Assembly (NCBI GenBank): GCA_965218435.1
Contig: CBDCKW010000009.1
Location: forward strand, 2,656,001 to 2,720,000
DNA length: 64,000 nucleotides
Reading direction: 5' to 3'
From: Truepera sp.
Lineage (GTDB): Bacteria > Deinococcota > Deinococci > Deinococcales > Trueperaceae
Shown here one piece after another: positions 58,446 through 64,000 of the stretch. The position numbers were made by a program, and so were the translations under genes. The notes under the pieces are model-generated. The model made no database searches, was not told where the DNA came from, and worked only from the letters and a program-made list of their open reading frames with translations. Position 1 is the first letter of the stretch, and each line of letters starts with the position of its first letter.

Positions 58446-60902
58446 TTAGCGCAGCTCGAGCACGTGCTCCTCCCCGTCGTCTTGATAGCTCACCCGAACA
58501 GCATTATTCTCAACGTTTACGGCGACGGTTTGACCGTCTAAAGTTGCTTTTTCAGGTTTTTGCGGCAGGTAAACCTCGAGCACGACCTCACGCGCTGCCG
58601 GAGTAAAAGAACCGTCTCGAGCCGATACTGTAACCCGTACCCCGCTGCCGGTTGGCGTCACGCTGACCGTTGTTCTAGCGACGTCACCTTGCTCGAAGCC
58701 GAAACCGTCGCCCGCATCTTCAATAAGCGTAAAACTGCTCTCCCCTGCCGGGTAGACGCGGATGGTGAGTTCGGTAAGGGGTTCGGCTGTAGATTGGCGG
58801 ACGTTGCTAAGCGGTAAAACTGCACCACCATGGACGAAAACCGGAATTTTCTCGAGCGGTGCTTCTGCGATGGTGTAACCCGCCGCAACCGGCTCCCCCG
58901 TCCAAAAGTTGAACCAGGTCTCCCCTTGCGGCAGATAAACCGCCCGCTGCCGCATCCCTGGACGCGTCACTGGAGCAATGAGCAGGTTGGAGCCGATCAG
59001 AGCTTGGTCACCGATATGACGAGCAGTTTCGTCGTCGGGAAAGTCGAAGACTAATGGGCGAAAAAGCGGTGTGCCTTGTTCGTGCGCCTCAAACGCCAGC
59101 GTGTACAGGTACGGCAGTAACCGATACCGCCAATTGATGGCTTCACGTGCAATCCCCTCGACCTCTTCGCCGAATGACCACGGCTCTTGGGCTCGAGTTC
59201 CGGCGCAGGTGTGCGTCCGCATAAACGGGTAAAAGGTGCCGAGCTGTATCCAGCGGGCGTAGAGTTCAGGGCTCGAGTTTTCAAAAAAGCCGCCGATGTC
59301 CACCCCGCTCCACGCCACACCGACCATACTCATCGAGGCGAGCTGCGCGACGCTCATCTCGAGGTGCTCCCACCACGACGAGTTGTCGCCCATCCACGAG
59401 GCCGCGTACCGCTGCGTGCCGACAAACGCGCTCCGCGTCAGCACCCAGGGGCGAGCGTCGGGGCGGTTTTGTTGCAGTCCCTCATAAGTTGCGCGCGACA
59501 TCAGGTGCCCGTACAGGTTATGCACCTCCGCGTGAACGGTCGGCTCGTCACCACCCTGCGGGTTCCCGAGCGGCATCGGGGCTTGCAGCGAGATACCCTC
59601 GCTAAAGGGCCGGTCGAAGATCGAGGGCTCGTTCATGTCCACCCAGACCCCGGCGACGCCGTTCTCCGTGTGGCTCTTTTGCAACTGCCCACCCCACCAC
59701 GCCCGCACCGCTTTACGGGTGTAGTCGGGAAAAAGCGCCTCGTCGGGCCAGCAGTAGCCCGTAAACCGTGAGCCGTCCGGGTTTTTGATAAAGACGTCCT
59801 CAGCTACGCCGTCGTCGGCAGCCGCGTAACCATTGTCTAGATCGTTTTTGACGCCGGGGTCGAGGATGGTTACGGCGCGGACGCCGTCTTCTTTGAGGTC
59901 AGCTAGTAACCCTTTAGGATTCGGAAACCGCTCTTCGTCCCAGGTAAAGTCGCGGTAGCCGCGCATGTAATCAATGTCGAAGTGCAGTACGTCGAGCGGG
60001 ATGCTGCGGGCGCGAAACTCCCTAACCAGCCCGCACATCTGCGCTTCGGTTTTGTACCCCCAGCGCGACTGGTGGTAGCCGAGTGCCCATAAGGGCGGCA
60101 GCAGCGGGCGTCCGGTCAGGCGGGTGAGCCCTTCGGTCACAGCTGCCGGGGTCGGGCCGGTCAACACGTAGTAGTCCGCTTCGCCGCCGTGCGCCGTGAC
60201 GCGCAGCGTATCCGGGTCGGAGTAACCCACATCGAACTGGCTGTAGTAGCTGACATCTAAAAACATCCCCCAGGTCAGGCCGGTGCGCACGGCCATAAAC
60301 GCCGGATGCGCCTGGTAGAGGTTGCTCTGATGCCGCCCGTGACCCCAATCGGGGTCGAAGGCCCAGTTGGTATAGAGGCGGCCACGCCGCTCGAGCATCC
60401 CCGTCCGCTCCCCAAAGCCGTAATAGGCTTCGTCCTCACGCAGACGCTTAAAGAGCTGCACCTCTTCACTCGCCGGACCTTGGGGCAGCGTGTCTCCCTC
60501 CCGTACGCGCATCGTCGAGGCGTCGATACGCGCCGCCGCCCACCCTACCGGGGCCATGTCCTCGGCGAAGGTGTGACCGTTCCTTTCAAAGTAGAGTGTT
60601 CCGTCTCGGTTGAGGTGGACGGTGACAAACGGCAACGTTAGGATGAACGTGTCGCCTTCTTCAACCTCAAAGTCGGGCGCGTCAAAGGCGTCGTCCGGTT
60701 GGGTGACGGCCCACGAGCGGCGCGGGGCGAAGGCTTCGTGCTGCGTAAAACGCACACGCACCACGCCGTCAAAGGCGCTAAAAAGTTCTAGCGTGCCCCT
60801 TTCAAAGGTGGCGCGAAACGTCCGGCCGTCGGCGTGCCAACTTTGCAACGTTCCGGCGCGGGTCAAGGTATCGGTGTGAATGTCGTATAGGGGCGTGTCC
60901 AT
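58446..60902 (-). CDS. GH31 alpha-glucosidase family
   Basis: PPLWALGYHQSRWGY, DIDYM, WVDMNEP, WMGDN, DIGGF and PFMRTH motifs. Confidence 0.95.
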   Translation of the reverse strand: MDTPLYDIHTDTLTRAGTLQSWHADGRTFRATFERGTLELFSAFDGVVRVRFTQHEAFAPRRSWAVTQPDDAFDAPDFEVEEGDTFILTLPFVTVHLNRDGTLYFERNGHTFAEDMAPVGWAAARIDASTMRVREGDTLPQGPASEEVQLFKRLREDEAYYGFGERTGMLERRGRLYTNWAFDPDWGHGRHQSNLYQAHPAFMAVRTGLTWGMFLDVSYYSQFDVGYSDPDTLRVTAHGGEADYYVLTGPTPAAVTEGLTRLTGRPLLPPLWALGYHQSRWGYKTEAQMCGLVREFRARSIPLDVLHFDIDYMRGYRDFTWDEERFPNPKGLLADLKEDGVRAVTILDPGVKNDLDNGYAAADDGVAEDVFIKNPDGSRFTGYCWPDEALFPDYTRKAVRAWWGGQLQKSHTENGVAGVWVDMNEPSIFDRPFSEGISLQAPMPLGNPQGGDEPTVHAEVHNLYGHLMSRATYEGLQQNRPDARPWVLTRSAFVGTQRYAASWMGDNSSWWEHLEMSVAQLASMSMVGVAWSGVDIGGFFENSSPELYARWIQLGTFYPFMRTHTCAGTRAQEPWSFGEEVEGIAREAINWRYRLLPYLYTLAFEAHEQGTPLFRPLVFDFPDDETARHIGDQALIGSNLLIAPVTRPGMRQRAVYLPQGETWFNFWTGEPVAAGYTIAEAPLEKIPVFVHGGAVLPLSNVRQSTAEPLTELTIRVYPAGESSFTLIEDAGDGFGFEQGDVARTTVSVTPTGSGVRVTVSARDGSFTPAAREVVLEVYLPQKPEKATLDGQTVAVNVENNAVRVSYQDDGEEHVLELR

Positions 60903-60963
60903 CAGCTCACGCTAGCACAGCTTATCGGGCTTCAAAAGGTGCGTCATGCTAATGTTTAGAGTT

Positions 60964-61917
60964 ATGAGAGATAGGTTTTTAGCGTACGCGCAAAACGAGG
61001 TTCACCCGCTGGTACGGGAGTGGCTGAGCGCCGAAACCATCCGGGCCAACCTTTTAGAAGAGCTTGACGCAGACTTGGAGCGTTTGAAAAGTGACGCACT
61101 CGCCGCTGAGTTTCAGCACCACTGCCCGGTTGCCGGGGCCAGCGCAGATGAGTATAAAAACCGGGTAGTTGAGGTGGACGGGCTTACGCTTCTAACCGGC
61201 ATTCGTTTTCTCGGACTCGATCTGCAGAAGCCATTTGTAGACATCATATATAGCAGTATGTACAGCAGTGAAGCCGCGCTGTCACCCGAACAACTCAGCG
61301 CCGTCAAAGACGCAATTCGCAAAGCTTTTAGCGTATTTGGACCTCGGCGATTCCGATTTTACAGCCCTTCTAACCAGCCACGCTTTGCAAAGGGCGGCGA
61401 TAAACGCCTGTTAGCCGCACCTCTAGGGGTGATGCTGGCGCAACCTGAAGCTGAAACGCTCCGCCGCGTCACCTTGAAGCGGGCAACGTCGCTGGCATTT
61501 TACGGCGACTACGCGGCTATGTACGAAGAGCTGCTCGCCGAACACCCCGAGCTTCAAGAGGTCGTGCGCCTCGAGCCCGAAGCGGATATGCAGACGTATC
61601 TCGGTGAGGGCTACGTGTTCGAGATTTTTGTAGATGGCCACCCGGCAGGTCTGACAGCCGTGCTTGAAGACGTACAGACCGGACTCAGCGGATTGTGCGT
61701 GACGGAGATCGTTCTCGCTAAAGCGTTTCGCGCCCAGGGGTTCGGGAGCACCGTGCAGCGCCGTCTCGCGGCAGCCTTAGTAGCTGCTGCAGGAGTAGCT
61801 CAGGACGTGCTGCTGTTCGGCACTATCGGGGAGAATAATCTACCGGCGCGGCGAGCTGCAGCGCGAGCTGGGCGCGTTGACCTCGGCGGGCGAGTTTGGG
61901 TAACGCTCGAGGACTGA
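60964..61917 (+). CDS. Hypothetical protein with C-terminal GNAT-like domain
   Basis: EIVLAKAFRAQGFG..FGTIGENNLPARRAA. Confidence 0.6.
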   Translation: MRDRFLAYAQNEVHPLVREWLSAETIRANLLEELDADLERLKSDALAAEFQHHCPVAGASADEYKNRVVEVDGLTLLTGIRFLGLDLQKPFVDIIYSSMYSSEAALSPEQLSAVKDAIRKAFSVFGPRRFRFYSPSNQPRFAKGGDKRLLAAPLGVMLAQPEAETLRRVTLKRATSLAFYGDYAAMYEELLAEHPELQEVVRLEPEADMQTYLGEGYVFEIFVDGHPAGLTAVLEDVQTGLSGLCVTEIVLAKAFRAQGFGSTVQRRLAAALVAAAGVAQDVLLFGTIGENNLPARRAAARAGRVDLGGRVWVTLED

Positions 61918-61921
61918 ACGT

Positions 61922-62827
61922 TCAGGATGTCGGCAAGTCAGCTTTCGCCGCTACCGGATTGCCCTCTAAAGTCACGTGATACCCGTGCGGAATCTCGATC
62001 CCCTCGCCTTCAAAACGTTGTTTGGCGGCCGCGAGCACATCCGACTGAAGCGTGTCAGCCGCGTCTGAATCGGCGCACCAAACGCGCAAACAGAGCTCAA
62101 CGCCCGAGCTGCTCAAGTCAGCCACGCGGCAATCTACAACTTCTTGGGTTGATTTTTGGTCTACTGACGGGCTGATTAGCTGCTTTGCCAGCTCTAACAA
62201 GATGTTTTTCGCTTTATCTATGTCGGCTTGGTACGAGATGCTGACCGGAATCTCCGCCAGCACCCTCGGGGCAGTCCTCTCGGTCAGGTTGATGGTCGTT
62301 TGGTTGGCGATGGTGCTGTTCGATAAAACCACGCGGCGCTTGTCCGAAGTCTGCAAAATCGTATACCCGAGTGAGATACTTTCAACGGTGCCGGTCTCAA
62401 GTCCCGTCGGCGCAGTGACTTGCAAGGTGTCGCCTACTCCGAAAGGGCGGTAGATGGGGAGCGCCAGCCCCGCCACCAAATTGCCCAGGGTATTTTGAGC
62501 CGCCAAACCGATCACGACCGAGACGATACTCGCCCCGGTGAGGAGCGCCGTCCCGAGCGCCCGGAGAGGCGGAATCAGATGCGCGTAGAGCACCAGCGCA
62601 AAAATCCAGATAAATATCCCGCCGAGCTGTTGCAAAAAGCCCAGTGCGGTCCGGTCAATCTTGTGATGAACGTCGCCCTCTAACGACACCCGGACAAAGA
62701 CGCGGAGCGCCCGGTTAAGTAACACAGCCAAGAGCACAAAAATAACGAGATAGATAAGTGCGCCGCTCAGGGTGTTTGGGCTGACCAGGCTGGTTAAAGA
62801 GACGCCCCAAGCGTCTAGCGTAGATAT
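61922..62827 (-). CDS. MscS family mechanosensitive channel (start uncertain: ATA 62827 or GTG 62737)
   Basis: [21 protein letters not shown] and EGIEIP; frame stays open 30 codons upstream of the called start. Confidence 0.85.
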   Translation of the reverse strand: MSTLDAWGVSLTSLVSPNTLSGALIYLVIFVLLAVLLNRALRVFVRVSLEGDVHHKIDRTALGFLQQLGGIFIWIFALVLYAHLIPPLRALGTALLTGASIVSVVIGLAAQNTLGNLVAGLALPIYRPFGVGDTLQVTAPTGLETGTVESISLGYTILQTSDKRRVVLSNSTIANQTTINLTERTAPRVLAEIPVSISYQADIDKAKNILLELAKQLISPSVDQKSTQEVVDCRVADLSSSGVELCLRVWCADSDAADTLQSDVLAAAKQRFEGEGIEIPHGYHVTLEGNPVAAKADLPTS

Positions 62828-62868
62828 GACGCCGAGTTTAGCTTATCGCCGGTTACAAAGATCGCCAT

Positions 62869-63417
62869 TTAGACCCGCTCGAGCTTACGCCACGGTTCTT
62901 GAGGTAGTTGGAGCCTGATCGCATCGCCCGGACGCACGTTACCGCCTCTGAGGACGATGCTCATAAGGCCAGCTTTGCGAAACAGCTCACCGTCAGCATC
63001 TTTATCCAATACAGCCGCTAACAACCCTTTTTGAAATCCGTCCAGCTGCGCACACGGGTTGCGCAGCCCTGTTACTTCTAAAACGACCGTAGCGCCAATC
63101 AAGAGCCGTGTGCCCGTCGGCAGCGCGAGCAGATAAAGCCCACAGGTCGTAATATTTTCGCCGAGTTGACCGGGCGAGACGGTAAAACTCTCGCTCCCCA
63201 ACAGCTCGAAGAGCTCTTCGTGAATCAGGCGGACTTGCCGCAGATTGGGCTGCGTGGGGTCGGCTAGCGCACGTGAGCGGTGCTGTACCGTTTTACCGGC
63301 GTGAGCATCCCCGACAACACCTAAACCAGCTTTTAGCTTGACGAAAGGAGCAAGTTCTTTGCTAAAGGTATGAGCTGCACCGAGGCTTACCGTGGAGACT
63401 CGAGCCCCATTTGTCAC
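62869..63417 (-). CDS. MOSC domain protein
   Basis: GDAHAG, PNLRQV, GENITT, TGLRNPC and GNVRPGD motifs. Confidence 0.9.
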   Translation of the reverse strand: MTNGARVSTVSLGAAHTFSKELAPFVKLKAGLGVVGDAHAGKTVQHRSRALADPTQPNLRQVRLIHEELFELLGSESFTVSPGQLGENITTCGLYLLALPTGTRLLIGATVVLEVTGLRNPCAQLDGFQKGLLAAVLDKDADGELFRKAGLMSIVLRGGNVRPGDAIRLQLPQEPWRKLERV

Positions 63418-63426
63418 CAGCGCAAC

Positions 63427-64000
63427 CTAAAACGTTTTGACTTCGGCGTGCAGGTCATCACCTTTTAGGTGCAGCTCGAGGTACTGCCGCCGCGAAAGCG
63501 CGTCGATCATCGCAAACGAGTTGACCTTATCGAGCAAAATCCCTTCCGGCATGACCGTATGGCCGTAAACGCCGAAGCGGTAGCCCGACTGCCGCGCCAA
63601 CTCGGGTTTATGACGCCACCACCCTTTCGTATCGGGGTCGTGATAAAAAAAGTCGTCGTAGTGCTGCATCCCCGGCAGCGGTCCGGCGTGCGCGAAGTGA
63701 ACGTCGCCGATAACCCGCTCACGCGGAAAGCTCGCCATCCAGTTGCAAAGGTCTTCAGGGAGGGATAAGCCGCCTTTGGCAGGGTCGAACTCGTTATGCT
63801 CCAAGCCACTGCGCGTTGCTAGGGTATACGCGTGCGTCAGCGCGGCTTCGTCGTGGTTGCCTAAAATCACACTGACGTGGCCCCCGGCGCGTTCCATATA
63901 GTTTTTGAAGCGGTAGAGTTCGCGGATTTGCGCTTTGGCCGCACGCCGCAATTGCTGCGGATTGGCCGCGTCAAACGCTTCTTCACCGGCGGCGTAGGCG
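63427..64000 (-). CDS. Calcineurin-like metallophosphoesterase (5' end beyond the window)
   Basis: LGNHD, FAHAG and YGHT motifs. Confidence 0.8.
   Translation of the reverse strand, partial: AYAAGEEAFDAANPQQLRRAAKAQIRELYRFKNYMERAGGHVSVILGNHDEAALTHAYTLATRSGLEHNEFDPAKGGLSLPEDLCNWMASFPRERVIGDVHFAHAGPLPGMQHYDDFFYHDPDTKGWWRHKPELARQSGYRFGVYGHTVMPEGILLDKVNSFAMIDALSRRQYLELHLKGDDLHAEVKTF

Noticed and set aside
61248..61270. YSSMYSS micro-duplication in an ORF
   Set aside because: Short in-frame slippage with no wider pattern
1..64000. CRISPR arrays, tRNA, rRNA or prophage genes
   Set aside because: No regularly spaced repeats, cloverleaf or rRNA signatures, or phage structural genes seen on manual reading

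Overview
Bacterial chromosomal DNA, moderately GC-rich. The host is inferred to be Deinococcota, possibly Truepera-like, from the CrtO/CruF/CruC/CruD carotenoid genes and the many apparently leaderless promoters. Core genes include gpmI, a carotenoid cluster plus crtB and ispG, osmC, uvrB, carD, rsmA, a GH42 galactosidase/ABC operon and a GH31 glucosidase. Five features stand out. (1) An intact 2775-bp IS1595-family transposon (52578-55352; 31-bp IRs, 8-bp TSD) carries a Dam-type methyltransferase, a small PD-(D/E)xK nuclease and a mini ParB/DGQHR-like ORF, and has no GATC site. (2) A ~16-kb co-oriented array of 28 mostly small genes (18.8-34.9 kb), including an AraC regulator, in which single genes are flanked by diverged duplicates of gene-gene junctions and a putative AraC promoter box is duplicated. 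(3) The palindrome CTCGAG is strongly over-represented and brackets a truncated two-gene module. (4) An RDRM-like palindrome overlaps the uvrB promoter. (5) There are two candidate structured RNAs and a dead IS200 tnpA element. All family assignments come from recognising motifs by eye; no searches were run.
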